Positions 10,621 to 21,800 of a stretch of DNA of 64,000 nucleotides are shown piece by piece. The notes under the pieces were generated by a model. The model was not told the DNA's origin. It worked only from the letters and a program-made list of their open reading frames with translations, and made no database searches. The stretch's first letter is position 1. Each line of letters opens with the position of its first letter. The DNA is from a virus (taxonomy: Duplodnaviria; Caudoviricetes). The DNA lies in the IMG/VR virus record IMGVR_UViG_3300025601_000007; one strand, 5' to 3'. The translations under genes were made by a program, and so were the position numbers.

Positions 10621-11860
10621 GAAAAACGATACAAATATTGCTAGAATAAGGAATGGTGTAATTCAAAAAACCAAAACCTCAAAAACCTCTGGTACTAAAT
10701 CTACTAAGGGTCAATCTTTCTATGCCAATACTCACTTAAACCATAAAGCATCAGTCAGTGATGTGTTTGAGTTCGATGCGCCTGTTTACAGCGCAATTAC
10801 AGCAGGAACTCTTCTTTTTGCAGGTCAGACCAATAAGTCAATTTTTGAACTCTACGGCAGGCCTCAAATAAAGTTTGCATTTTCAGCAAACAATGCTGTA
10901 TTTTTGTCAGAGAACTACTTAGGAATGAGTCATGATATATACAAAGTTCCTTATACGGAAATTCTAAAGTATAGAGAGGTTCCAAGTCAGGAAAATTACG
11001 ATATTGTAAAAGGAAGAATAGCTCAGCCTTTTATTTCATTTTCAGCATCAACAGCTATAACTACCACACTTACTAGCGAAGCCGTTCCATATGTGTTTTC
11101 GCCCGAACAAATAGATAAACCACTTAAAGGCAGGTCTGAAGAGATATTTGAGGACAAAGCAATGTATTTTTTCAATACTCGTCACGCTTTCAGAGAAGTC
11201 TTGAATACATATAAAAATGTAATTGGGATGAACGAAAAAAGCTTAAATTACAATCGGCTTCCGTCTTTCAAAACATTTGGTGATGAAAATATTATTGAAT
11301 CTGGTTCTTGGAGCGGATTAACAGCTAAAGGGCTTTTCTTCACTTGTTTTTACCCGCCCTCTGTTCCTAAAGTGGAAAGCCCTAGACCTGAAAGCTATTC
11401 AGCAGAAACATTTACTCCAGAATTCTTTTTCTCTAATGTGTCTGATGGGGATGAGTACTTGATAGAAATTACTTATCAAGCAGTTAATAGTGGGTTTACT
11501 ATATCTAGCGCCACTTCTAAGTATTTCTACTCCAAAGCGGAAACAAACAATAGCACAAGACGTGTAGCAAACGTTGAGAAAACATCGTTCATCTCAGAGA
11601 CAACAAGAAGAGCTTCTGTTCCTTTGGTTCCAGGTTCAACATATTATTATCGGTTAGGAAATGTGAAATATGTTGTAAATCTGTTTGGAGTTAAACAGTC
11701 TATTATTTCATACACAGAGGCAACTCAGAGTCAAGTGTACTCTGGCCAGACAATTGGTTATATTGTGGATTCTCCAGCTGACTCTTCTGCGCCAAGCGAA
11801 GGTACAGGGGGTTCTGGGACTCAGACTACAGAATACGAAGGCTTGCCTCCTCAGAGGTGA
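10613..11860 (+). CDS. Hypothetical virion-associated protein
   Basis: ATG overlaps the end of the wedge gene; beta-rich sequence with a Ser/Gly/Thr-rich C-terminus. Confidence 0.6.
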   Translation: MAKKNDTNIARIRNGVIQKTKTSKTSGTKSTKGQSFYANTHLNHKASVSDVFEFDAPVYSAITAGTLLFAGQTNKSIFELYGRPQIKFAFSANNAVFLSENYLGMSHDIYKVPYTEILKYREVPSQENYDIVKGRIAQPFISFSASTAITTTLTSEAVPYVFSPEQIDKPLKGRSEEIFEDKAMYFFNTRHAFREVLNTYKNVIGMNEKSLNYNRLPSFKTFGDENIIESGSWSGLTAKGLFFTCFYPPSVPKVESPRPESYSAETFTPEFFFSNVSDGDEYLIEITYQAVNSGFTISSATSKYFYSKAETNNSTRRVANVEKTSFISETTRRASVPLVPGSTYYYRLGNVKYVVNLFGVKQSIISYTEATQSQVYSGQTIGYIVDSPADSSAPSEGTGGSGTQTTEYEGLPPQR

Positions 11861-12733
11861 TTAGGAGTTTTGAACGTCGTCAAACGTTTGATTGAAGTCG
11901 ATATTTCTGACTTCTCTCTTAATGTCAATCTCGCCAGTTCCAAACTGATTCTTCTTAGTGAGAAGACTGTATTGTCTCCAAAGATTCCCTTGTTCATCAA
12001 AGTAAGATAGTCGCCCAGTAAGATTGTCTCGGATAGAGTTCCCTGTGAGAACTCTGCCAAGGGTTTTAAGATTTTGGTCCACCATTTCGACTTCAATCAT
12101 AACTGGGTCAAAGAAAGTGTTAGAGATTAAAATCGACTGACCAGCACTTCCAAGGCTTGGTTGTTGAGCATTGGATATTAAAGTGTTTTCGTCTGGCGTG
12201 ACCGTCAAGAATAAACTTGTTCCATTCTGGTCTAACACATAAGATGTAGAGCTTGAGTTTGAGCTGGATGAATTCACAGATACATTTACCAAGTCGCTGG
12301 AAGTAACAATGCGGTGAAAGTTTTTTATTTTTATTCCGTTCTCGTCAATATACTCAAGGCGGTACCCAATTAAGCTTCCTGTGTCTTGAAAGTTTAATTT
12401 TGGAATAATTATTCCTTTTTTAGACATTTGTATTTCAGTGTCTGTATTGGTCACAACGATTGAACAATCAATTATTTGAGTTTGAAATGTCTTTGGTTTG
12501 ATGATTACTGTATAAAAACCAAGCTTATTAAAAATAGTAGCGGGGAGGCGAAGTTTATATGACCCGTCTGCGCCAATCATTTTTCGGAACTCGCTTTCTG
12601 TAATAGAACCAAAAAGAGGTTTAAATTGTAAATCTCCTACGACTTCATGAGAAGGCGTGAATGCATACAAGATGTCCACGTCATTAAAATCGACTGATGC
12701 AAGTGTTTTTGTTCCGTAAAGTCCTGTTGCCAT
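11861..12733 (-). CDS. Hypothetical structural protein (290 aa)
   Basis: Long ORF with a TATTTA box 15 nt upstream, inside the baseplate module. Confidence 0.6.
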   Translation of the reverse strand: MATGLYGTKTLASVDFNDVDILYAFTPSHEVVGDLQFKPLFGSITESEFRKMIGADGSYKLRLPATIFNKLGFYTVIIKPKTFQTQIIDCSIVVTNTDTEIQMSKKGIIIPKLNFQDTGSLIGYRLEYIDENGIKIKNFHRIVTSSDLVNVSVNSSSSNSSSTSYVLDQNGTSLFLTVTPDENTLISNAQQPSLGSAGQSILISNTFFDPVMIEVEMVDQNLKTLGRVLTGNSIRDNLTGRLSYFDEQGNLWRQYSLLTKKNQFGTGEIDIKREVRNIDFNQTFDDVQNS

Positions 12734-12808
12734 GATTCTTATTTTCTATAAATAGTGACGCTGAATTATCTTTCTATGTCTACGTCGAATTTGGTGGATA
12801 AAATATTT

Positions 12809-14563
12809 TTACCCGTCTGTTCCATCGTCAATTGGAGATGCGATTTCAAACGGGATTCCTGTCCATAGTGGAGACATGTAACTTGTATTTGCTCCTCCAC
12901 ACACGGGGTTGAAATCATTGAATTTTATAAATTCAAATCCTCCATAATCAGTTTCAGACTCTGTGTCATCTAATAATATAGCTCCAAGCACTCTAATATT
13001 GTATACATTTTCTTCTCCACTGAATTCATTTGTGCATAAGCTGCCGTTGTATCTGGTTAAAACTGATACGTAATATCCAGCTAGATAGTCTTTGTTGACT
13101 TGGGATTCAAAAACATTGCCGTAATTAGTGAATTCGAAAGTCCCTATCTCGACTTCCCCGCCGCTCCCGTTTTTAAGAACGAAGCCATGTGAGTACATAT
13201 TGTCTCCGTCTGGGTTTGTATATCCTTCATTGTTGTATTTAATGTTGATGCTGTATAAGGATTGAGCGTAAAGCCTCTCGATGGCCTCTGTTCCTGTTTG
13301 AGGAATGATTTCACCAGCCTCAATTAGCTGAGAGTTTGATGGCAGCGAAATTTCAAAATCTACGCCACTTACTGGGACTTCAAAAGTTCCTCCTGGCTGC
13401 ACTAAGGTATTATCCCATAAAATATCAAATTCTCCGTTATTTGTTATCTTTAAAGAAATGTCATCTAACCCACCGTTGAATGATGGCCCAAACCTGTATG
13501 TGGGGAAATTATCATAATTGGCTTCTGCAAAACCATTTTCTTCATTGCTAACATTTTCTAAGTACACATTTCCGTATTTCAGAGCCCATCCATTCTGTGT
13601 CTCGTTTAAGTCTTGTGGGATTTCGCTAGAAACTGGGCTTCTTAACTGGAGCTGGCCGCCTATTGTTGGTCCTTTTTGTCTATAAAAGTCTCCAAAATTT
13701 ATCGTTGTCCATCTTCTGTTTATAGAGAGCGAATTGTTTTCCACATACATTAGTGCGTTTTTATAAGCTCCTTGATTTGTATCTAACTCCACTTTTATAG
13801 TGTTTTCTATTGTGACAACTATGACTGGAGAAGTGTTTAAAACAGAGTTTGCTATATTTTCAATAAGCACATCTTTTGTCTGTTCTCCAATCTCAAATTG
13901 AACAGGTATGGATGTTATTAAGCCTGCAAATCTCCCATCAAAATTAGGTGTACTAAGTCGATAGAGTTTTACGCTTAAACGTTCGACTCCGCCCTCAGAC
14001 TGATTGTTTAAGCCAAGTTTTAATGTAACGGGGCTGTCTGTATCATAGAAGTAGCTCAGATATTGAGTTATTCCATTTGACAAGAGAGAGCTGTCTTCTG
14101 TCTCTAAGAAAGAAACTTTGTTAAATATTGTTTCATCCTCAATGACAACTGTTATTGTAGAGTTTGATTCTTTTGGTAAACAATTTATTGCTCCAACCAA
14201 AGCTAAACTGAAATCTTCGTCTCTTCCGACTTCTAGCTCAAAATCTTTTTTAAGCTCCACAAACACAGTTTTGATTTGCTCTCCCTCTGCCCAATTTAAA
14301 ACAATTGGCAAGTTTATCCCTACGTCTTCAAGTCCAGCTGCGCCAGGAATAAATACCACACTGACGCTTTCTCTCCCTTTTTCAGAAGAAGCAAGTAGTG
14401 ATACATCTATCCTAATGGAGGTGTTCTCTGGAGCTCGTCTAAATGTTTCTGTAAAAAACACAGTCGGAACCTTTGTCTCTGAATAGAGAAAATTCTCATT
14501 TAACTCCAGGTTTGTATCTACGAAACACTGTAGTATTGTTGATATCTTATTTGACTCCTCCAT
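12809..14563 (-). CDS. Calx-beta-like domain virion protein
   Basis: FTETFRRAPENTSIRIDVSL...LNWAEGEQIKTVFVELKKDFELE...EDFSLALV matches the Calx-beta pattern; a second similar unit follows (VQFEIGEQTKDVLI). Confidence 0.55.
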   Translation of the reverse strand: MEESNKISTILQCFVDTNLELNENFLYSETKVPTVFFTETFRRAPENTSIRIDVSLLASSEKGRESVSVVFIPGAAGLEDVGINLPIVLNWAEGEQIKTVFVELKKDFELEVGRDEDFSLALVGAINCLPKESNSTITVVIEDETIFNKVSFLETEDSSLLSNGITQYLSYFYDTDSPVTLKLGLNNQSEGGVERLSVKLYRLSTPNFDGRFAGLITSIPVQFEIGEQTKDVLIENIANSVLNTSPVIVVTIENTIKVELDTNQGAYKNALMYVENNSLSINRRWTTINFGDFYRQKGPTIGGQLQLRSPVSSEIPQDLNETQNGWALKYGNVYLENVSNEENGFAEANYDNFPTYRFGPSFNGGLDDISLKITNNGEFDILWDNTLVQPGGTFEVPVSGVDFEISLPSNSQLIEAGEIIPQTGTEAIERLYAQSLYSINIKYNNEGYTNPDGDNMYSHGFVLKNGSGGEVEIGTFEFTNYGNVFESQVNKDYLAGYYVSVLTRYNGSLCTNEFSGEENVYNIRVLGAILLDDTESETDYGGFEFIKFNDFNPVCGGANTSYMSPLWTGIPFEIASPIDDGTDG

Positions 14564-15312
14564 TATCTTTCTTCTGAGGTTTCAGGGCTGGATAGACTGC
14601 TTCCAGCTGCATTTGTTTCAATAGGAAGCTCTTCTCCAGTGGGGTTTATTAGATTTAAAAATGTTCTCACCATTTCTCCAGACTGAATATCTGTCAAGCC
14701 TTGCGATGTTAAATAGTGCTCTACTGGGTTAAGTCTTGAATCTACGTAGTCGTTGCAAACTTTAAATTTACTTCTAGGCAATTGACTGTGGCTAAAGTTT
14801 AATTTTACAGGGATATAATAGCTGTCTTGAATGTTTATTGGGACAAGCTCTTCTCTAGGTGTGTCAATTCTTATTTGGCTCAAAAGACTTTCAGGGAGCC
14901 CTGTCATTGGTTTTGTTGTAACATCTCCTTCCCACTTAAACCATCCATCATTCACGATTATTGAGATAGTGTTTGCAAGAGATTCATCGATAGCTGCCGT
15001 AACAGACACTTGTTGCCCCTGAAGTTCTGATTCAAAAAATTTATTAAACACCGCTTGAAGCTTTGAGTCGTCATAAAATATTTCCAGAAACTCAGCCTCA
15101 GTTGTGGCTCCTTTAATAAATACAATGAACTGGTCAATAATAAGCTGATTCTGGGGGTCGTTTAGATAAGCGCGTACATTGAACTCACTGGTCAACCCGC
15201 CGCCTAAGTTTTGAGTATAGACATAATAGTTGTTTTGCAGGTCAAGGCCGCTATTGACGACTGGTCCATTTGTTTTAAATCTTTTGTTTATAATTATGTT
15301 GTGCTTCTGCAT
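14563..15312 (-). CDS. Hypothetical protein (249 aa)
   Basis: TAATG-coupled on both sides within the operon. Confidence 0.7.
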   Translation of the reverse strand: MQKHNIIINKRFKTNGPVVNSGLDLQNNYYVYTQNLGGGLTSEFNVRAYLNDPQNQLIIDQFIVFIKGATTEAEFLEIFYDDSKLQAVFNKFFESELQGQQVSVTAAIDESLANTISIIVNDGWFKWEGDVTTKPMTGLPESLLSQIRIDTPREELVPINIQDSYYIPVKLNFSHSQLPRSKFKVCNDYVDSRLNPVEHYLTSQGLTDIQSGEMVRTFLNLINPTGEELPIETNAAGSSLSSPETSEER

Positions 15313-15833
15313 TATCTATTAATAGCTGTTTTCAATACCTCTGCTTTTGAGATAATGTTGGTTAGATTTATCTGAGCCTTTTCTATGTCATATATCGTTG
15401 TGTCGCTCCCAAGCACACTTGCCCACGGCAGCTCATTTCTCCCTCCAGAGTCGAACCAGTTTTTTAATTCATCATCACTTAAAAACGATACATCAAATCT
15501 TACACTTCGAATAAAGTTTAATTGAGAAAAACTTAAATCTTCTCCATTGTTGACTTTGTTTCTGGCGATGTCATCGAAAAAGCCGTATTCCAAAAAGTAT
15601 GGATTTATTTCTTGCCTTGGGATTTTTTTTATACCAGTGTCAATTTGTGTGTCAACATACTCATGTATCTCAAACGTTTGATTGAGGTTTACATTGATGT
15701 AAAAATCAAACTCAGGCCGCATACCTAAGCTTCTAGTTGAGACTTGAAACACGCCGTAGCCTTGAGTGAAGGCTGAACTCGGCCTCACGTCTATGTATAT
15801 TTGAGTTTTTACTATGTCGTTTTGATATGTCAT
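15312..15833 (-). CDS. Hypothetical protein (173 aa)
   Basis: Operonic ORF with a TATTTA box just upstream. Confidence 0.7.
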   Translation of the reverse strand: MTYQNDIVKTQIYIDVRPSSAFTQGYGVFQVSTRSLGMRPEFDFYINVNLNQTFEIHEYVDTQIDTGIKKIPRQEINPYFLEYGFFDDIARNKVNNGEDLSFSQLNFIRSVRFDVSFLSDDELKNWFDSGGRNELPWASVLGSDTTIYDIEKAQINLTNIISKAEVLKTAINR

Positions 15834-15856
15834 CTATTATAAATAACCTGTTTCAA

Positions 15857-18800
15857 TTATTCTATGTTAAATCTAAAGCCTCCGAGACCATTTCTTCCTG
15901 TGTTTAGTTCTCCGACCTCTATTCCAGGCGCAAATTGTTTTGCTTTTAAAGAGAAAGGGTTTATATCAGGCTCTTCTTCAGTCTCTAAATCGAGCACTTC
16001 TTCAAAAATGTCTGATAAAAAATCTCCCAGGGTTTCAATAAGGTTTGCATTTTCTCCCTCATTGTATCCGTCAAAGTTTACTAAATTATCCAATTGAACG
16101 TTGAGTCCTGGAGTTTTGGAAACCAAGGTTAGCTTGTTGTTGGTGACACTTCCTGAAAAAGGTCCTTCTGGTACTTCATTGCCATTCCCCTCGTCGAGTC
16201 TTAGTCTCAGTATCGCATTTGGCTCCAATGGACCATTTTCATCCGACACTGGGATGGGGAAACCATTCCACCAAGTATTTGCAGCCCTTTTTGTAGCAGA
16301 ACTCGAAGGTCCACCAACAGTAAGTGTGTATGCCCCATCGCCATTGCCTAGAGTTATGTCAAATGAACGTGTACCGTTAAAGTTGTTTCCAATATCAGAC
16401 ATGTCTTCAATCTGAACTTCCCATATAGCTCTTGTGTTTTGAGTAGATATGATTTCACTGGTGCATGGTATAGGGACTATGGGGGCGGCTCTAAATTCTC
16501 CCATAAACTCTATTTCATCGTTTTCATTCAGAAAAAACCCTTGCTGTGTTAAGTTTTCTTCGTTGAGAGGCAAAAGGCTTGACGATAAAAGGAGAACCCC
16601 GTTTATGATAACACTTCCATATTCCATAATTTGATTTTGGTCAGGACTGAATGTGGCCTCATAATACGATACCCCTTTTAGGTCATTAGCGTTTAATCTA
16701 AAATTACACTGCTCAAGAGTTGAGTCATATGGGTATAAAATGTCTCGATACCCCGTAACAAGGTATCTATCAACTACCGCCCCCTCCGTAGCTTGTATAG
16801 GAGCAGAAGGTATATAGGTTTCTTTGTAGCCTAATTTGTTGATTGTGAATTTGTATCTAGATTCCTGATTTTGGTTAGAATTGGCATAGAGAGATACCCT
16901 CATTGGCATTTGAGGGTTCAATTGGAAAGTGTTCAAATAATTAACTAATGTGATTGGGTTCTTAGAAAACACAACTAGCCTCACTCCAGGGCTAGTTGAT
17001 GTTAACGTTATTTTTCTTGCATCATCATCGAATACTGCTTTAAATGGTTTAGGGGTGCCATATAACCTATACCAGTCACTTGGTCCATCATCTAGTCGAG
17101 ACTTCATGTTTTCGTATATGTATTGAAAACTTCCGAGGGAAGTGGCAGCTATATCTGTTCCATTTATATTGATGTTCCCAACAGCGCTGATTGGCAAGTC
17201 ATCTAATGAATTAATTAACACATCTTCATAAATAATTTCAACCTTGTGAAGGAGATTGTCTGAGTACGGGGTTTTTATTCTAAATGTCCTTGACTCCTGA
17301 GCCTCTATTGTAGAAGATGCGTCAGTACCTAGGAGTTCATTTGGAGGAATAATTGTTCGAATGCCTTCATTTGTAATCGTGAGGTCAAAGAAGTCATTTG
17401 TATAGAACTCTTCATTTCGGCCTTGCCAAAAGTTTCCATTCCTCAAAATTGAGGGGCCAGGCGCTGTTCTATCGAAGTCTTCATCAGCTGTTATGTCATA
17501 AGAAGTTCTTCCAGTAAACCTTGCTCTGTTTTCCCAGATATTTCCAAAATTGTATCTTACTTCTTTTTGAACAGTATTGTCGAGAAGTGTAAGCCCGTGA
17601 TAAGGAAATACTCCTTTTTCTACTCGGACCGCATTTTCTCCATCAATTTTAAAAAACTCATCTAACTCAATTTCAAAGTCGGTATTTGCTTGAAATGTAA
17701 ACAACTTATTTTGTTCAATTGTGGTCCACTCCAAATCTAAGGGGAGGCTCACTTGATTGCCTTCATGAAATATAGATATATCAGGAGCTGTACCAACAAA
17801 ATACCTTGAACTGTTTGTGTTGTCTGGGATATCAAAAAACTGAGCACTTAGGACTATTGCTGTAAAATCAAATTCTTCATTATCTCCAAAAAACCCTAGT
17901 GTGGATACTGCTTCAATAGTATATGCCCCTTGATAGTCTCCATCTAGTATTCGAAGGTTTTGTCCAACAGTAAAATATTGAAGGTTATCAGGGAGAATAG
18001 GAATTAAAACAAATGCATTACCATTTAGAGCTGCTAGTGACTGGTCTTCTTGTTCAGGCGGAATATTAACCTCAAAAACCCTCTGTGGGTTATCTGCACC
18101 CAAACCAGACAAAACCCCTTGTGAATACCCTGCAAAGGGTGTATTGGGGCTCCATGTTAAAGTTAATCTTTCATTTCCGAAAGGGCTAAGTTTATCCAGA
18201 GACAAAGTGTGGTTCACAGACTGTCCTTCTGACAAGGTGGTTTCAGGGGCATCCCATGTGTATTTAGCAACTTTTTCCTCTATAATATCATAATCCAGTC
18301 TTATCCAGTGTTTGTTGAAGAAGAATGGAAAGTTGTTTTCTATTAACACTGAACTATCAAGATTGATGTCTAGCGTTTCGGTTCCGTATGGTGCAAAATT
18401 CCCTTCAGTATCATAGTGGACTAGCTTTTGACTCCAGCGCTGTTGCTTGTAGCTAAAATTGTCTGAATCTACTTGAAAGTAGACATCATCAGAAAAGAAG
18501 CTATCAACCTCTAAAATATATTTTCCTCTCTTTTTTCCGAACACATTTTCTTTTCCATATGAAACAAGAGTTGTCTCAACAGAGTCTATTTCGTTCAAAT
18601 ACAAAGGGTCCGTAAACACTCTTATAGTTAAATTATTACAATCAATTATTGTACTAGATATTTCTCCGTAAATTCGAAAATTTCGAGACGCATTTCTTTC
18701 TTTTACAAATTGCTCGGCTAAGTCAAAGTTGTTGTCATATCGGCTTTGATTCATGTTTTTATAAGATTGAACCAAATCAATCTCTAAAAACAAATCAACA

Positions 18801-18859
18801 TCCTCAGACGATGCGTTTTTTAAAGCCGTCAGTAATATTTTATGTTTCTTTTTATTCAT
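15857..18859 (-). CDS. Large virion structural protein (1000 aa), with a Calx-beta-like segment
   Basis: YTWDAPETTLSEGQSVNHTLSL and LEWTTIEQNKLFTFQANTDFEIELDEFFKI resemble a split Calx-beta domain; acidic and beta-rich. Confidence 0.5.
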   Translation of the reverse strand: MNKKKHKILLTALKNASSEDVDLFLEIDLVQSYKNMNQSRYDNNFDLAEQFVKERNASRNFRIYGEISSTIIDCNNLTIRVFTDPLYLNEIDSVETTLVSYGKENVFGKKRGKYILEVDSFFSDDVYFQVDSDNFSYKQQRWSQKLVHYDTEGNFAPYGTETLDINLDSSVLIENNFPFFFNKHWIRLDYDIIEEKVAKYTWDAPETTLSEGQSVNHTLSLDKLSPFGNERLTLTWSPNTPFAGYSQGVLSGLGADNPQRVFEVNIPPEQEDQSLAALNGNAFVLIPILPDNLQYFTVGQNLRILDGDYQGAYTIEAVSTLGFFGDNEEFDFTAIVLSAQFFDIPDNTNSSRYFVGTAPDISIFHEGNQVSLPLDLEWTTIEQNKLFTFQANTDFEIELDEFFKIDGENAVRVEKGVFPYHGLTLLDNTVQKEVRYNFGNIWENRARFTGRTSYDITADEDFDRTAPGPSILRNGNFWQGRNEEFYTNDFFDLTITNEGIRTIIPPNELLGTDASSTIEAQESRTFRIKTPYSDNLLHKVEIIYEDVLINSLDDLPISAVGNININGTDIAATSLGSFQYIYENMKSRLDDGPSDWYRLYGTPKPFKAVFDDDARKITLTSTSPGVRLVVFSKNPITLVNYLNTFQLNPQMPMRVSLYANSNQNQESRYKFTINKLGYKETYIPSAPIQATEGAVVDRYLVTGYRDILYPYDSTLEQCNFRLNANDLKGVSYYEATFSPDQNQIMEYGSVIINGVLLLSSSLLPLNEENLTQQGFFLNENDEIEFMGEFRAAPIVPIPCTSEIISTQNTRAIWEVQIEDMSDIGNNFNGTRSFDITLGNGDGAYTLTVGGPSSSATKRAANTWWNGFPIPVSDENGPLEPNAILRLRLDEGNGNEVPEGPFSGSVTNNKLTLVSKTPGLNVQLDNLVNFDGYNEGENANLIETLGDFLSDIFEEVLDLETEEEPDINPFSLKAKQFAPGIEVGELNTGRNGLGGFRFNIE

Positions 18860-18861
18860 TA

Positions 18862-21800
18862 TTAAAAGATGTCATCAAGTAAGTTAGATAGTCCACTAAT
18901 CACTCCGCCTAAATCCCCGTCAAGAGCTAGATTAAACACGCTTTGAACTGTATCGCTATCAATAATTTGATAACCGCTGTCCTCTATACAGGTTAGCTCA
19001 TAAGGAGATTGAGAGCTCCAGTATGAAGCCGCGTGCCTTTTGCTGTTTGCGCCATCCCAAAAAGAGCCTCGATATCTTATGTCAGCAGTGTTTTGATAAT
19101 AACGAGGGCCTCCGTTGCATTTTTGGTTTCCAGTCAAGCTTGACCTTGTTTTTACGTTCTTAGAGATAGAGTGTAAATGAACCTTGTTATGAATGCCGCC
19201 TGGAGGCGTGGACGCAAGCTCTCTAGTGATAATGTAATATGTGTTTGTTTTTCTCAAATTCTGAGAACCAGTAGTTGTTAAGTTTTTATAGAATTTAACA
19301 TTCCTAAACTCAAATTTGTAAACGCATTTTGTGTAATATCTCTCTGTATAATCATAGTCAGCATTGCTTTCTGCTTGACAAGTGAGATGAGACCAGTCAT
19401 TTGCCACTTCAAACAAGCTAAGTTCTATTCCTTGTCCAGCCGCTAAAGAATACGCATTTCCATTCCCAAATTTTATCTTAGCAGTTTTTATACCTAAGTT
19501 CTGAACATACAGCTTGGCGTCATTCACGGTTGACTGGTTTACTTCGCTATGCTCAGCATACCTCCATTCGTCTTGGTTTCCGTCGTCCTCAGTTTGTTTA
19601 AACTGAGGCTTTCTGTTTCCTGCTGTGTGTGACCCTTGAACTCTTGTTGGTCCAAAGTAAAATGTAATGGAAGATTCGTTTTCTTTTAATTTAAGAGGAT
19701 TGAGATTCTCATTTGGGTTCGAATTAACAATTCTGTAAAGGTCTAAATAGCCTGTCTTGATGAACGAATTTGAGTTTGAGCCTAAGTTTAAGTGTGTTTT
19801 TTGCCCCGTGTTAGACGCGATTACAGTCATCGAGTTAAAATGAGGAGATTTGCTTATGGTTCCGCCAACACTCCCTTCTTCTGGAGTCGTAATAGAGTTC
19901 GCATTACTTGCATTTAAGTCTTTGTCAAATGTAGCTTCTGATATTCCCCACCAAGAATATATTGCAGTTCTTGCCCAACCTTCTGGTTTCAGAAAGTATC
20001 CGTAACCACACTCGGTTCTTTGATACTTTTCTCCATTTAATACGCTTGATACGCCAGGCTGTGCTGGAAATGTTGGAATGTTTGGTTTGTATCCATTTGC
20101 ATATTCTTCACTTCTATTCCCTCTGTTTTCATATCGATATAAAGTATTTTTTGACACAAATCTTGAAAAATCAGTTCGGAACCAGTCTCCATTAGTTCTA
20201 TCAGACTCCACGCCATAACCACCAGTGCCTCCACCAAAGCCGTCATCTTGAAATTCTTCCACAAATGGATGTCCAATTCTGTCTCCATCTGTATACAAAG
20301 GGTGTTCTAGTACATATGAACCATCTTCTCCCGCGTTGTCATAAAAGTCTGGATTAGACTGAGATGGGAGCCTTGGTATTCCATATGGCTCAGGGTAATT
20401 ATGACTCCACGCCTTTTCATAGGGAAACACCCCATTTGATGCGCCTTCCGCAGCCGCAGAAATGGGCACTTCATCAAAGTTTTCATATGGAAAGTTTAAG
20501 TGAAAATGGTCTCTTCTTGAAAAGGTATTATCTTCAGTTAGGACTGTTTTTTGACCAGTAGCTCGGTATATAGCTTGCGGGCTATCATAAAACAGCTTCA
20601 TTTGATATGCTGCCAACCATACTCCACGGTTCCCAGTTGGGACTCCTTCTCTGTCAGTCTTTAAGCCTTGTGGGTCATAGCAATTGGCAGGGAGCTTAAA
20701 TGCTTGCCAGCCATCTCTTCTTATTTCAATGCGACTTTTGAGCTGTTTAAACTCATTTTTCCACATAAACTGCTGATTTTCTTCTCGGCTTCTAATGTCA
20801 GGAACTTCTACAACTTCAACATTTCGAATAGGATACCCCTCAGTAGCCATATCTCTAATCTGAACCTGAACAGGTGTTGGAACGCCCTGTGATTGTAATT
20901 GCTCAATTGTTTCCTCGTCTATCGCCACAGGGGGAACGAAGAACGTGCTCCATTTTCTGAGGTCAAGGTTTGAGTTTATGTTTACTTCTGTATATCCAGT
21001 CTGAAAATCGCCCCATGTTGGGACAACGTCAATTGGGAACTGCCGAAAAAAGAAAGAAGGAACAGTGTCAAAATTTGGTTGATTGTCTGCTGGGAATGGG
21101 AAAAAATTTAAAGATATTTCATCCTTAGTCAGCCCTTGCTTAAACATGTCAACTTCAAACACCATCGTTTGTGTCCCAGTAGGGACGTTGTGAATAACAA
21201 ATTCTCCCTCGTCATTCGTGTAGGTCATGAATTTATAATGAGAGGGCACTTGAGTGAAGTTGCTACCATCTTGTAAAAACTGCTCAGTATCTGCAGAGAA
21301 GCTCTCGGTATTAAAGTAGTCACTTTGTTTGCTAGCCTCTTTTAAGTTAAAACTAATTCGACTTCCATTATCATCTACATCAGTTGCGTCTGAAAACACG
21401 TCTGAGGGGGCAAACACGCCAATAGGGACATTTCTAAGCGGAATCTTGATATTGTTACCATTTTCATCTTTCACCTTCTGTATAGCCATTATACGGCCAA
21501 ACACAACTCCTGTGTCAGACTCTTGTGTGGGGAAAGAGTTTCTGAGATTGTTATATATTGATAGAGTGTCTAAAGTTTTTTGAGTTCTCTCTAAACCTAT
21601 TGTTATAAATAAATCATCCACAAGTTGTTCTCGGAAAAAAATGTAACTCTGAGAGTTTCCTGAAAACAGTTCGTTCATGTCAAGAGCAAAATTTCTTCTT
21701 GCTCTTGACTTTTGTGAAGAGGATAATGTGTAATCTAGAGTATTGGTGTAAACTGAGCCCGTAATTGTGCCAATTCCAGCAGATGCAGGATTAACCCCAG

